A stretch of DNA of 64,000 nucleotides from Candidatus Ratteibacteria bacterium (GTDB taxonomy: Bacteria; Ratteibacteria; UBA8468; MWAK01), in contig JBAZEZ010000003.1 of assembly GCA_041653615.1 (NCBI GenBank), forward strand, positions 1,213 through 65,212, in the 5' to 3' direction. Below are positions 39,330 to 49,151 of this stretch, piece after piece (the first letter of the stretch is position 1; the number at the start of each line of letters is the position of its first letter). The notes below the pieces were generated by a model that saw nothing but the letters and a program-made list of their open reading frames with translations, made no database searches and was not told the DNA's origin. The position numbers and the translations under genes are program-made.

Positions 39330-40277
39330 TCAAAATCGCCGCACGAGGTTTTGTTTGTAAAACCGGGCGACTTCCAGACTGTCTATCACCGAAATAATTT
39401 CCTGGTTCCGGCCGGCCGCTCCGCTGGGATTATAAGAGCCGGTGATGACTTTCTTGTTATCAATCAGGAATAGTTTGTAGTGGTTTAAATAATAATTTTT
39501 GTCCCAGACCATGTTCGCACCGGAATCTTTTAGTTCGTGGAAAGCCGTATTATTTCCGGTCCAGCCCTGTTCCAGGGTGCCTGATACCTTAATGCCCCGT
39601 CTGGTTTGTTCTTTTAAAACTTGAATTATTTTGTTATCGGTGAAGACGTAATGAGAGAAAAATATTTCTTTTTGCGCCGATTTTAGTTCTCGTAAAATAG
39701 CGGGACGGCATTCGGGGTTCAAGTAAATTTGAATGGGAATCAACGGGTTGCCTTGAAAGGACGAAGGCGGTTTTTTGTCTGCGATCAGAGAGTTAAAGAC
39801 CTGCCGTAAGTAACCGGCAATTTCCGGCGAGTGAAAAAAGATTAAATCGTTGTCGCTTTGATAGGCAGAATTAAAGGTCAGGTTGAGGGAACCCAGCCAG
39901 GCAATATTTTCATCTATGACGCCAAATTTAACGTGCATCAGTGAAGACGGTTTGGAGTCGGTATAAATAAAATCAAAGGGGAGGGCAGGGGCGCTTTTTG
40001 CCGCTTCATCATCTATCAATAGCCGGATTTTCACGCCCCGGTTTTGAGCCGCCTTCAAGGCGGCGAATATACAGGGTAGGTTGGCTTCAAAGGAAGTTAT
40101 CAGCACTTCCTTTGAAGCCCGATTGATCAGGCCGGTTATTTTAAGAGGTATATCGTTTTTGCGGGAAAGGTAGACTTCGAAATCTTTGGTTACCAGCGGC
40201 TGCGGTTTACCGCACCCGGTTAAAAGAATTAAAGGTATCAGCCAAAGCACAGTGAAAAGCATGTGTCTGAATCGCAT
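39330..40277 (-). CDS. phospholipase D-family lipoprotein (two HKD motifs; cardiolipin synthase or nuclease-like)
   Basis: 315 aa; lipobox LLTGC; HVKFGVID...GSLN and HYKLFLID...GSYN. Confidence 0.75.
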   Translation of the reverse strand: MRFRHMLFTVLWLIPLILLTGCGKPQPLVTKDFEVYLSRKNDIPLKITGLINRASKEVLITSFEANLPCIFAALKAAQNRGVKIRLLIDDEAAKSAPALPFDFIYTDSKPSSLMHVKFGVIDENIAWLGSLNLTFNSAYQSDNDLIFFHSPEIAGYLRQVFNSLIADKKPPSSFQGNPLIPIQIYLNPECRPAILRELKSAQKEIFFSHYVFTDNKIIQVLKEQTRRGIKVSGTLEQGWTGNNTAFHELKDSGANMVWDKNYYLNHYKLFLIDNKKVITGSYNPSGAAGRNQEIISVIDSLEVARFYKQNLVRRF

Positions 40278-40516
40278 TATTTTATTATACCACCGTTGTC
40301 ACTGCGCCGTCCCTGCAAAAACGGCAGGTTGTCAAACGGCAGACTCCCTGTCATCCGCTGAAGAATAGAAGTGGGTTAATTGCTGGCAGGGTTGAGAACT
40401 ACACTCGTCCCTGCCATTCACCGAAGAAACGAAGAGGGTACAACATCTGGCAGGGTTCTTATGCTATAATAATATTGTTAATTGTCATCTGGAATTCTTA
40501 ATGCAGGGGAGGAACA

Positions 40517-41089
40517 ATGGAAACCAAAATTTTACCTTTTAAAAGATTAATGCTGGAAAAAGAGAATCTGCTGGCGCGTAAGATTCTGCTGTCGGTAGCG
40601 ATGGCCGCGGTAACCGGACTGCTGGCCGGTATCCGCATCCCGCTTCCATTTACGCCGATTCCGCTTACCGGCCAGGTTTTAGGAGTACTTCTCGCCGGAC
40701 TTTTCTTGGAGGGTTCTTTTGCCGGCCTAAGCCAGGCCCTTTACCTTTTTATCGGCTTAAGCGGTATTCCCTGGTTTTCCGGCTGGAGCAGTCTTTCCTT
40801 TGCAACTTTTGCGGCCAATCCTACTTCCGGGTATCTTGTCGGGTTTATTCCGGCGGCTTTCCTGATCGGCAAATTGGAGCACGGCGGGTCCGGGATGAAC
40901 ATTTTCCGGCACGCGGCCGCATTCTTTTCCGGTATTTTAGTCCTCTATTTTTTTGGCGCGATTCATTTGTCGTCAATACTGCACATTGGTTTTCAGAAAA
41001 CATTGGTTTTGGCTGTTTACCCCTTCATTTTTTTTGATTTTTTGAAAGCACTTCTGGCCGCTTCATTTATCAGCGTTTTTCGCAGGTAA
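40517..41089 (+). CDS. bioY: biotin transporter BioY
   Basis: 190 aa; BioY TM core with PFTPIPLTGQVLGVLLAG. Confidence 0.85.
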   Translation: METKILPFKRLMLEKENLLARKILLSVAMAAVTGLLAGIRIPLPFTPIPLTGQVLGVLLAGLFLEGSFAGLSQALYLFIGLSGIPWFSGWSSLSFATFAANPTSGYLVGFIPAAFLIGKLEHGGSGMNIFRHAAAFFSGILVLYFFGAIHLSSILHIGFQKTLVLAVYPFIFFDFLKALLAASFISVFRR

Positions 41090-41130
41090 AAGGGAAGACA
41101 GTGTCAGTGCGAGCTTTTTGTGCAGTTACT

Positions 41131-41217
41131 GGAGAGGTGCCTGAGTGGTTGAAGGGGCACGATTGGAAATCGTGTAGCCTGCAAGGGCTCGTGGGTTCGA
41201 ATCCCACCCTCTCCGCC
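41131..41217 (+). tRNA. tRNA-Ser (anticodon GGA), type II with long variable arm
   Basis: GGAGAGG acceptor 5' arm pairing with CCTCTCC; D-arm TGCCTGAGTGGTTGAAGGGGCA; anticodon loop TTGGAAA; long extra arm; GTGGGTTCGAATCCCAC T-arm; discriminator G plus encoded CC. Confidence 0.85.
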
Positions 41218-41254
41218 TTCGTCCGCTGAAGCGGACTTCGGCGGACGCAGTCCG
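41199..41254. repeat. direct repeat copy A (tRNA-Ser 3' half plus 39 nt downstream)
   Basis: 56-bp string GAATCCCACCCTCTCCGCCTTCGTCCGCTGAAGCGGACTTCGGCGGACGCAGTCCG, repeated at 41417. Confidence 0.8.
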
Positions 41255-41416
41255 CCAAGAGGTTTAGAAGCTGTTTTTGCGAAGGTGAGTAAGCTTTCTT
41301 GAAGGTGAGATTCGAGGGGAGCGAAGTCAGGCGACGCGACAAGAAGGAGCGTTGCCAGCGGGTGGCCTAGTCGAGACGTAGTGAAGTCGAGACAGCCGAA
41401 TCCCACCCTCTCCGCC

Positions 41417-41472
41417 TTCGTCCGCTGAAGCAGACTTCGGCGGACGCAGTCCGATCAGAAATTTGCGAAATC
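41417..41472. repeat. direct repeat copy B of the tRNA-Ser 3' end (att-like remnant), 1 mismatch
   Basis: 55 of 56 identical to 41199-41254, 218 bp downstream. Confidence 0.8.
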
Positions 41473-41544
41473 CGCTGTTTGCTGGACAAAGAGAGGAGAA
41501 AGAGGGTATAATACAATTTTTAGTTAACAACCGGGAGGTTTAGG

Positions 41545-41751
41545 ATGCATACGGGAAAAATAAAGAAATTGGTACGGGATAGGGGATTTGGATTTATTGC
41601 TGACACAGACGGCAAAGAGGTGTTTTTTCATCAAACAAGTCTGGTTGAAACAACCTTTGACGCGTTAAACGAAGAACAGTCGGTGGAGTTTGAGGTTGAG
41701 AAGTCGGATAAAGGACCGCGTGCCGTTAACGTACGCGTTGTTCAGCAATAA
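41545..41751 (+). CDS. cold-shock protein (CspA family)
   Basis: 68 aa; RGFGFI and VFFHQT RNP motifs. Confidence 0.9.
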   Translation: MHTGKIKKLVRDRGFGFIADTDGKEVFFHQTSLVETTFDALNEEQSVEFEVEKSDKGPRAVNVRVVQQ

Positions 41752-41949
41752 CCGCGTTTTCTTCGTGTCGAAAAAGATAAAGTTCAACAAGGAGCGCCGG
41801 GTCTGTAAGGTTTCAGGATGCGGGCATGTTTTAAGTATATACAATCCTGAGGGGTATTGCTATGCCCATCAACCTCAGTTCGTTACGGTAACACAACCGC
41901 CGGTTACGCCGCTTGCCAGGCAGGATATTCTTCTACCTAAAATTTAATA

Positions 41950-43227
41950 ATGACACCAGCCCAACAGCAGCCAAATGCTTCTTTCTACGGTTTAGGTATT
42001 GCGCCGAAAATTCTGGAATTCCTGGACCGGATGAAATTTACGGTCCCGACGCCGATTCAACGTAAAGCGATACCGGTCGCGATTGAAGGCAAGGATGTTA
42101 TCGGGGTCGCGCAAACCGGTACTGGAAAGACGCTGGCGTTCGCCGTGCCCATTATTCAAGGTCTTGCCCAGAAAAAGGGGCGCTGTCTGATTCTTGTTCC
42201 TACCCGAGAACTCGCTTTACAAATCGACGAAACATTCCGGAACCTCGCTTTTCTATTTAGTATGCATACAGCTGTTATTATCGGCGGAGTTTCTATGTAT
42301 AAGCAACTGCAGTCGTTACGGAAAACTCCCCGTATTCTTATAGCGACGCCAGGCCGTCTCGTTGACCACTTGAAAAAGCGCACGGTTTTTTTGAACGATG
42401 TGTCGGTACTGGTTCTCGATGAAGCCGACCGCATGCTTGACCTGGGGTTTTTGCCGGACATTGAACGTATTCTGAAAATTGTTCCGAAAGAAAGGCAGAC
42501 GATGCTTTTTTCGGCAACCATACCGAAAGAGGCTATTGCCATAGCGGCCGCGCACATGAAACTGCCGGTCCATATTGAGGTTGCTCCGTCCGGTACGGCG
42601 GCCGAACGCATCACCCAGGAACTGTTTATTGTTAAAAAAGGCTCCAAGAATGAACTTCTCCGTAAACTACTGAATCAGTACCGCGGGTCGGTTTTGCTTT
42701 TTTCCCGCACAAAGAGCGGCGCCTCAAAAATTGTGCGTTTTCTCCGAGAGGCGAAGTATAGTGCCGCCGAAATACATGCCAACCGCTCCCTGTCTCAGCG
42801 CATTGAAGCGCTTGAGGGTTTTAAATCCGGCAAATACCGGGTGCTTGTCGCGACCGATATCGCGGCCCGGGGTATTGATGTCGTTGACATAGAAATCGTT
42901 ATCAATTACGACCTTCCGGAATACGTCGAAAATTACGTACACCGCATCGGCCGCACGGGACGCGCCGGACACGAAGGACACGCCATATCTTTCGCGACGC
43001 CCGAGCAGTGCTCTAATGTCCGCAATATTGAAAGGTTCATTAAAACCGCGCTGCCCATTTCGGAACATCCGGAACTTCCCCGGGAAACATTCACCGCAAA
43101 ATCAATCCGGCCCGAAAATACACAGCGCAAACGTCGTTTTGGCGGTTCTGTTCAACGTCGCAGGACACAAAAACAGGTTGGCAACAGCGGCGTTCAACAA
43201 CAAAGGTCACGTTATTCAGCCCGATAA
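41950..43227 (+). CDS. DEAD-box ATP-dependent RNA helicase
   Basis: 425 aa; Q motif, AQTGTGKT, PTRELA, DEAD, SAT, HRIGRTGRAG; basic C-terminal tail. Confidence 0.9.
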   Translation: MTPAQQQPNASFYGLGIAPKILEFLDRMKFTVPTPIQRKAIPVAIEGKDVIGVAQTGTGKTLAFAVPIIQGLAQKKGRCLILVPTRELALQIDETFRNLAFLFSMHTAVIIGGVSMYKQLQSLRKTPRILIATPGRLVDHLKKRTVFLNDVSVLVLDEADRMLDLGFLPDIERILKIVPKERQTMLFSATIPKEAIAIAAAHMKLPVHIEVAPSGTAAERITQELFIVKKGSKNELLRKLLNQYRGSVLLFSRTKSGASKIVRFLREAKYSAAEIHANRSLSQRIEALEGFKSGKYRVLVATDIAARGIDVVDIEIVINYDLPEYVENYVHRIGRTGRAGHEGHAISFATPEQCSNVRNIERFIKTALPISEHPELPRETFTAKSIRPENTQRKRRFGGSVQRRRTQKQVGNSGVQQQRSRYSAR

Positions 43228-43451
43228 AAAATAAGAGCCGGGTCGCCTTACGCCGGTTTTATATTCGGCGTTTTTTCCTTCCTCTGCATCTTTCCGTTGA
43301 CGCAAAGCGCTCTCGAAAATATTTAAAAATTGACCTCGGAACGCAGGAAGTAATACAATTTAAATATTTGAAACGCATTTCGGAAGAGCCGGATGTGGGA
43401 AAGCCATAAGTTTTGCAAGTTATATAGAAATCGCTTATGGAGGATTAAATA

Positions 43452-46400
43452 ATGGTTACCCAAAAAAGAATAATGTCGGCATTAGCGGCACTTATGCTTA
43501 TTTTTGGCATAGGCGCATCTATCTATGCGCAAGGAAACAAGTGGGAGAATCTTAACGACCAGGTTATGTCATTGTACAGTCAAGGTCAATACGAGCGTGC
43601 TGTAGTGGTTGCAAAAGAGGCGTTGCAGGTTTCCGAACAATCTTTTGGACCTAACCACTCTTCTACGGCTACAAGCCGGAACATCCTTGCGTTGTTGTAT
43701 AAAACCCAGGGCCAGTACGGACAGGCCGAGCCGCTTTACAGGCGTTCGCTGGCGATTGACGAAAAAGCTTTCGGTCCGGACCATCTTAATGTGGCCACAG
43801 ACTTGGATAACATCGCGGGGTTGTGTTATGCTCAGAAGCAGTATGCTCAAGCAGAGCCGTTCTACAAACGTTCGTTGGCAATCAGGGAGAAATCTTTCGG
43901 TTTGGATAATCTTGGAGTGATTTCAAGCCTGAACAATCTCGCGGGGTTGTACTATACCCAAGGTCGTTACGCTCAGGCCGAACCGCTTTTCAAACGTTCT
44001 TTGGCAATCCGGGAAAAAGTTCTCGGTCCGAATAACCTTGAGGTGGCAGCGAGTTTGAATAACCTCGCGGAAATGTATTATGCCCAGGGCCGTTACGTGC
44101 AGGCCGAACCGCTTTACAGGCGCTCGCTGGCGATACGGGAAAAAGCTCTTGGTCCGGATTATCCGGATGTGGCGACAGACCTGAATAATCTTGCGGGACT
44201 GTACTATGCCCAAGGACGTTACGCTCAGGCTGAGCCGCTCCTCAGACGTTCGCTGGCAATCCGGGAGAGGACTTTGGGCAAGAATCATCCTGATGTGGCC
44301 GCGAATTTGAACAACCTCGCTGAAGTGTATGATGCCCAGGGACAGCATGACCAGGCCGAACCGCTTTACGAGCGTTCGCTGGTAATCCGGGAGAAGGTTT
44401 TTGGCAAGAATAATCTTGATGTAGCCGTAAGCCTGAACAACCTTGCGGGGTTGTATTCTGCCCAAGGCAAATATGCCCAAGCCGAGCCGTTCTATAAGCG
44501 CGCTCTGGCAATTAGGGAAAAAGCGCTTGGTCCAAACAACCTTATGGTGGCCGCGAGTCTGAATAACCTCGCGGACCTATACTATGTTCATGGCCAATAT
44601 GCTCAGGCCGAGCCGCTTTACAAACGTTCGCTGGCGATCCGGGAAAAGGCTCTTGGTAAGAACCACCCTGATGTTGCCTCCAATTTGAGCAACCTCGCGG
44701 GTTTGTATTATGCCCAGGGCCAGTACGTAAAGGCTGAACCTCTTTACAAGCGCTCTTTGGCAATCAGGGAGAAAGCTTTCGGTTCTGATAACTTTGCTGT
44801 AGCCGTGAGCCTGAACGACCTCGCAGGTTTGTATTATGCCCAAGGTCAATATACGCAGGCCGAACCGCTCTATGCGCGCTCGTTGGCGATCCGGGAAAAA
44901 GCTTTCGGCTCGGATAATCTGGCGGTGGACACAGACCTGAATAACCTCGCAGAATTGTATTATGCCCAGGGCCAATACACTAAGGCCGAACCGCTCTACA
45001 AACGCTCGTTGGCAATTAGGGAAAAAGCTTTTAGTCCGGATAGCCTTGAGGTAGCTGCGGGTTTGAATAATCTTGCGGACCTGTATTATGCTCAGGTCCG
45101 GTACGCTCAGGCTGAGTCGTTGTACAAGCGGGCATTAGCGATCGACGAGAAAGCTTTCGGTCCAGATAACCTTGCGGTAGATACAGACCTGAATAATCTT
45201 GCGGAACTGTTTTATGCCCAAGGCCAGTATGTTCAAGCCGAGCCGTTTTTCAAGCACTCTTTGGCGATACGAGAGAAAGCTCTCGGTCCAGAAAATCTTT
45301 TAGTAGCCGCGAGCCTGAACAGTATAGCAGACCTGTATTATGCCCAGGGCAAGTACGCGCAATCTGAGCCGTTCTATACGCGTTCTTTGACAATCAGGGA
45401 GAAAGTTTTCGGCTTGGACAATCTAGCGTTGGATACAGATCTTACCAATCTCGCGAATCTATATTATACCCAAAGTCATTATGCCCAGGCCGAGCCGCTC
45501 CTCAGGCGTTCGCTGGCAATAAGAGAGAAGGCTTTTGGTCCGGATAACCTTGCGGTAGCAACCAGCCTGAACAGCATAGCAGACCTGTATTATGCCCAGG
45601 GTCAGTATGCTCAATCTGAGCCATTCTATAATCGCTCGCTGGCAATCAGGGAGAAATTTTTCGGCGCCGATGACCTTGCGATGGACACAAACTTAAATAG
45701 TCTTGCGAACATGTATTATGCTCAAGGGCAATATGGCCAGGCCGAACCGCTTTACAAACGCTCGCTGGCGATACGGGAGAAAGCTCTCGGTCCGGATTAT
45801 CCCGACGAAGCCACAGATTTGAGCAACCTCGCGGGTTTGTATTATGCCCAGGGCCAGTACGTAAAGGCTGAACCGTTCTATACGCGCTCGCTGGCGATTA
45901 GGGAGAAAGCTTTCGGATCTGATAATCTTACGGTGGATACGGATTTGAATAACCTCGCGGAGCTTTATTATGTTCAGGGCCAGTACGCTAAGGCTGAACC
46001 TCTTTACAAGCGCTCTTTGGCAATCAGGGAGAAAGCTTTCGGTTCTGATAACTTTGCTGTAGCCGTGAGCCTGAACGACCTCGCAGGTTTGTATTATGCC
46101 CAAGGTCAATATACGCAGGCCGAACCGCTCTATGCGCGCTCGTTGGCGATCCGGGAAAAAGCTTTCGGCTCGGATAATCTGGCGGTGGACACAGACCTGA
46201 ATAACCTCGCAGAATTGTATTATGCCCAGGGCCAATACACTAAGGCCGAACCGCTCTACAAACGCTCGTTGGCAATTAGGGAAAAAGCTTTTAGTCCGGA
46301 TAGCCTTGAGGTAGCTGCGGGTTTGAATAATCTTGCGGACCTGTATTATGCTCAGGTCCGGTACGCTCAGGCTGAGTCGTTGTACAAGCGGGCATTAGCG

Positions 46401-46925
46401 ATCGACGAGAAAGCTTTCGGTCCAGATAACCTTGCGGTAGATACAGACCTGAATAATCTTGCGGAAATTTATTATATTCAGGATCATTACGCTCAGGCCG
46501 AGCCGCTCCTCAGGCGTTCGCTGGCAATAAGAGAAAAGACTTTTGGCCCCAACCACCCTGGTGTGTCCACAAGTCTGAACAACCTTGCGGATTTGTACTA
46601 TTCCCAAGGCAATTATGGCCAAGCCGAACCGCTTTACAAACGTTCGCTGGCAATTGACGAAAAAACTCTCGGTTCGGATCATCCCGAAGTGGCAATAGAT
46701 TTGAACAATCTCGCGGGTTTGTATTATGCCCAAGGCCATTACGCTCAGGCCGAGCCGCTTTACAAGCGTTCTTTGGCAATTTGGGAAAAAGCTCTCGGTC
46801 CAAATCACCCCAATGTGGCTACGAGCCTTGATAATATGGCGGTGCTCTGTCGAAAAAGCGGTAGAGAAAAAGAAGCAAAGGCGCTGGAGACGCGAGCTGC
46901 AGCCATCAGGGCAATTAAGCGTTAA
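43452..46925 (+). CDS. secreted or lipid-anchored protein built from about 26 tandem 42-aa TPR units (kinesin-light-chain-like)
   Basis: 1157 aa; signal peptide; unit consensus [42 protein letters not shown] repeated throughout. Confidence 0.8.
   Translation: [1157 protein letters not shown]
44728..45206. repeat. 479-bp perfect internal direct repeat, copy 1, within the TPR gene
   Basis: identical to 45988-46466 (offset 1260 bp = 10 TPR units). Confidence 0.85.
45988..46466. repeat. 479-bp perfect internal direct repeat, copy 2
   Basis: identical to 44728-45206. Confidence 0.85.
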
Positions 46926-47034
46926 ATCTTTATTATGAAATTACGTTTGACCCTGGAAGAAGTAAGTGGTACAATCTTGACGGCAAAAACTTAACGAATA
47001 GCTTTAATCGAAATCAAACCACAATTTTAAATTC

Positions 47035-47838
47035 ATGGTTAAAGAAGACAGAAGCGGCAACGATGAGAAAGGGCTGATTTTTTACCATCGGGCCTACCGG
47101 ATATTTCCCTCCGGAGGTGTTCGCCGCCATACTATTGAAATTCTGCTCCTTTTCCTTCTTTTCGGCCTGATAGTATACCTCCTGTTTCCCTTGGCAACCA
47201 GGTTAACAAGTTATTTTTCCAAACAGGTTCTTTCCTACGTTATGCCTCCCAATACGCTTCAAATAATACAAAAGCCGTTTTTGTTCCGGCATGTTTACAT
47301 GATTGACCGCATCGGTAAATTTCCCGGAGCATTTTTTCTGTTAATTACCCTTATTATAACCCTGCTGATCATGATTGTCGTCCCGCGCCTGAAAAATATT
47401 CCTAAATCTTTTGGGACATGGATATCTTTAGCCGCCGCGATAAACATGATATCCTGTCTCTTTTTCCTCTTTTTTTCAAACCGGTTTCCTTACGATATCA
47501 GGATTTTTTCCGAACTTTACGTGGAAACGCAGGTTATTATCTGGTTTTTGATTGCTTTTATTGTGCCCATGGCCCTGGCGCCGTTTCCCGTAAATATTTT
47601 TTTGAAAATAGGCGTTACCGGTTTCATCCTGGCTTATTCTGTAATCTTTGGTTGCGCGCGCTATATTATTTTTCTCTACATACTGACCAAACACAGTTAT
47701 TTGTTTATGGCCCCGCTCTTTTTTATTTTCGGCCCGCTGGTGGATTCCGTTTACATTATAGGCATCTATTCTCTTTTCATAAGCCTCGTTGCCACTAAAA
47801 TGAAGGGAGTTATGACAAAATGGCGCTGGTCATATTGA
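47035..47838 (+). CDS. polytopic membrane protein, hypothetical; first gene of the exopolysaccharide-like operon
   Basis: 267 aa; 6-8 hydrophobic helices; overlaps the start of the downstream GT2 gene. Confidence 0.5.
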   Translation: MVKEDRSGNDEKGLIFYHRAYRIFPSGGVRRHTIEILLLFLLFGLIVYLLFPLATRLTSYFSKQVLSYVMPPNTLQIIQKPFLFRHVYMIDRIGKFPGAFFLLITLIITLLIMIVVPRLKNIPKSFGTWISLAAAINMISCLFFLFFSNRFPYDIRIFSELYVETQVIIWFLIAFIVPMALAPFPVNIFLKIGVTGFILAYSVIFGCARYIIFLYILTKHSYLFMAPLFFIFGPLVDSVYIIGIYSLFISLVATKMKGVMTKWRWSY

Positions 47839-49151
47839 TTCTTAAAATCTACGTCTGTTTTTCCGCGCTCATAATGATTGTTTATACAATCAGGCATTTT
47901 ATCTTTACCTTGAACAGGGTCGCCGGCGAACAGAGAATATACTATCAGGATATAATGGACAGTGAACTTCCGACGGTTTCCGTGCTGGTTCCCATGCATA
48001 ATGAAGAAAAAGTGGCCCGGGATATTTTGAACTCTTTGCTCGGTACCTCCTATCCCGGCGCGAAACTGGAGATATTGCCGATTATGCTGGCGGACAATCC
48101 GAACGAGACGCTGGAAACACTGGAAAATGTAGAAATCATACCGATTGACGACCATTCCACTGACGGAACAAAGAAGATATTGGCCGAGTATGCCGCCAAG
48201 TACCCGCAGGTAATGCCCGTATACCGGCAAGACCAGAAACGGGGCAAAGCTCGTGGATTAAACGATGCCATTGATATGGCCCGGGGCGATATTATCGTGG
48301 TTTTTGACGCCGACTACATCCCTGGAAAAGGCATCATCAAAGACCTCGCGGTTTGTTTTAAGGACCCGGAGGTGGGGGCGGTTATGGGCCGGGTTATTCC
48401 TTTGAATACCAAACATTCCCTGCTGACGCGGCTGCTTGACCTGGAAAGGTCCGGCGGCTACCAGGTTGACCAGCAGGCCAGGCATAACCTGAAACTTATG
48501 CCGCAGTATGGCGGAACGGTCGGTGCCTTCCGGCGCGATATCGTTATCGATATCGGCGGGTTCAACCCGAACAGTCTTACCGAAGACACGGAACTTACTT
48601 TCCGGCTTTTTACCCTGGGGTGGAAGGTCCTTTACGCCAACCGGGCCGAATGCTATGAAGAAGTTCCGGAAGACTGGAACGTGAGGGCGCGTCAGATAAA
48701 GAGATGGTCTCGCGGCCATAACCGGGTAATGTTCGGACAGATGTGGCCGTTGCTTAAATCAAAATATCTGACCGGCCGGGAAAAAATAGACGGAGCCTTG
48801 CTGCTGGGCGTGTACGCAACTTCTTTTATATTTGTCCTGGCCGCGTTTTGTTCCCTGGCGTTATTTTTTCTTGGAGAAATGGAGATATTCCCGGGTATTC
48901 TATTTTTAATTATGGTCATAACTTATAATGCCTTCGGTAACTTCGCTCCATTTTACCAGATTGCCACCGCCTCTTTTCTGGACGGAGGCGCTTACCGGAT
49001 ACGCTTGCTGCCGTTGTTTATATTTACCTTTTTCTTTAATTTATGGTATGTGTTTCTCGGATTCCTGTACGCGGTAGTCGACGTGGTAACCAGAAGAAAG
49101 ACCCGGTGGGATAAAACCAGTCGGTACCGAAAAACGGAGGTTACATCATGA
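47820..49151 (+). CDS. family-2 glycosyltransferase, processive synthase type (PgaC/IcaA/NodC/cellulose-synthase-like)
   Basis: 443 aa; N-terminal TM, DxD-type (VVFDADY), TEDTELTFR, Q(I)KRW processivity motif, C-terminal TM helices. Confidence 0.85.
   Translation: MALVILILKIYVCFSALIMIVYTIRHFIFTLNRVAGEQRIYYQDIMDSELPTVSVLVPMHNEEKVARDILNSLLGTSYPGAKLEILPIMLADNPNETLETLENVEIIPIDDHSTDGTKKILAEYAAKYPQVMPVYRQDQKRGKARGLNDAIDMARGDIIVVFDADYIPGKGIIKDLAVCFKDPEVGAVMGRVIPLNTKHSLLTRLLDLERSGGYQVDQQARHNLKLMPQYGGTVGAFRRDIVIDIGGFNPNSLTEDTELTFRLFTLGWKVLYANRAECYEEVPEDWNVRARQIKRWSRGHNRVMFGQMWPLLKSKYLTGREKIDGALLLGVYATSFIFVLAAFCSLALFFLGEMEIFPGILFLIMVITYNAFGNFAPFYQIATASFLDGGAYRIRLLPLFIFTFFFNLWYVFLGFLYAVVDVVTRRKTRWDKTSRYRKTEVTS

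Noticed and set aside
41690-41947. 85-aa ORF overlapping the 3' end of csp (CGH...CYAH zinc-like motif)
   Set aside because: The start codon lies inside csp in another frame. No Met occurs after the csp stop, and there is no RBS. It is kept only as a weak possibility of a small Cys-rich peptide.
43569-46808. Multiple minus-strand ORFs (93-185 aa) inside the TPR gene
   Set aside because: Mirror-frame artefacts of the repetitive, GC-balanced coding repeats. They have identical duplicated sequences and no independent start signals.
43452-46925. Highly periodic DNA repeats that could be mistaken for a CRISPR array
   Set aside because: Period is about 126 bp in one continuous 1157-aa open reading frame encoding TPR units. 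There are no short unique spacers between identical repeats and no cas genes.
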